NCBI GenBank assembly: GCA_964106915.2
Contig: OZ066915.1
Strand: one strand, 5' to 3'
DNA length: 50,720 nucleotides
Source of the DNA: Podarcis gaigeae
Lineage: Eukaryota
Part shown: in pieces, positions 49,789-50,720 of the stretch
How positions within the stretch are numbered: position 1 is the first letter of the stretch
How the letters are laid out: every line of letters begins with the position of its first letter
Notes under the pieces: generated by a model
Told to the model about the DNA's origin: nothing
The model's input: only the letters and a program-made list of their open reading frames with translations
The model's database searches: none
Made by a program: the position numbers and the translations under genes

Positions 49789-50720
49789 ACCAAAGCACTC
49801 CCTTGAGGGAAAACATCAGGACACACACACACACCCAATAAGAAATAAAAAGGAACTGCACTTTAATTGAAACTTAAAATGTTTGTCTGGGAAGGCTCTC
49901 TTCACCTGAATTTAAATCTAGGGAGATTCCTCAGCAAGATAACATTGCCAGGTATTCCTATCCTGAGAACTCTTGCAAACATTCTAAAGTTGTTTTAAGG
50001 TATGCACAACTAACTTCTGTTCTTTGATTTCTTCCTGCAGGAGTGCCACAGATTAATTACTCCCTGTTTAATGCAGTCAAAACTAATGCAAACCTGACAG
50101 GATCTGTATCAGCAAATAATTCTGGACTCAAGCATTGCAGAGTCTTGTAAAATGCAGAATGAACCTTCAGAGATGATGGACTCACAATATCATTCTCACA
50201 ATAAAGCAGTGCTTCCAGCTTGACTTCTTGATATAGGTATGTCATTCCAATGGGCTGAGGAACTAAAGGCTGTTGCCACTCCCATATGTGAATCTGGCAC
50301 ATTTGAGGTGGAACGGTTTTACAGACCAATGAGCCATCGCATTTGGGTTGCCTATAATGTGGTTTTGCTAAAACCCAAAAGCCCTCACTGCCATCCAATT
50401 TATTTTCTTACATTTAGTAGTATTTAAAGCAATTAGATGAAAGATAGCAGACTGAGTCCAGTACAGATTTGGATGAGCTAGCGCTCTGCTAGGGAATGTT
50501 ATGGGAAGGAAATTGCACATATCTCCAGAACATGGCAGCTAGGTTGATTTTTTCTTTTTTTCCTCATTGTCCAATTGAAAATTTTAAAATTATGGCTCAG
50601 ATTTGATCCTCTGAGTAATTTTTCAGCCTGCAGACTAAATGCCTGCTGAGCCATGCTTAGCATAGACATATATGCAAGTACAGGATTTCCAGAAGCTTAA
50701 TTATACAACAGTGAGACTGT

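Noticed and set aside
21662-50398. Minus-strand ORFs at 21662, 38759, 45697, 46810 and 50057 as exons of one large gene
   Set aside because: No recognisable protein, weak or inconsistent splice signals, and phases could not be chained.

Overview
This is a eukaryotic window from a squamate reptile, most likely a lacertid lizard. The assignment rests on at least 8 Sauria SINE copies plus Squam3-like and MIR-like SINEs. I could not support any intact protein-coding gene, RNA gene or CRISPR array, so the window reads as a large intron or gene desert. It is filled with decayed LINEs (L1, CR1, L2), a solo LTR, many non-autonomous DNA transposons (hAT with 8-bp TSDs, Tc1/mariner with TA TSDs, Harbinger-like), a Penelope-derived palindrome and microsatellites. 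Between these lie AT-rich, repeat-free blocks dense in homeodomain/POU motifs that look like conserved non-coding enhancers. Nearly all ORFs in the track are TE-derived or spurious. The items most worth following up are: (1) an unassigned ~1.2-kb decayed coding-like tract on the minus strand (24.85-26.09 kb); (2) a Penelope-derived perfect 48-bp hairpin with a 14-bp flanking duplication and a deleted hammerhead core; (3) multi-layer nested insertions; (4) an old local duplication with copies 6.64 kb apart; and (5) candidate enhancers and non-coding exons. I do not see convincing evidence of a novel multi-gene system. Family names come from recognition by eye, not database searches.
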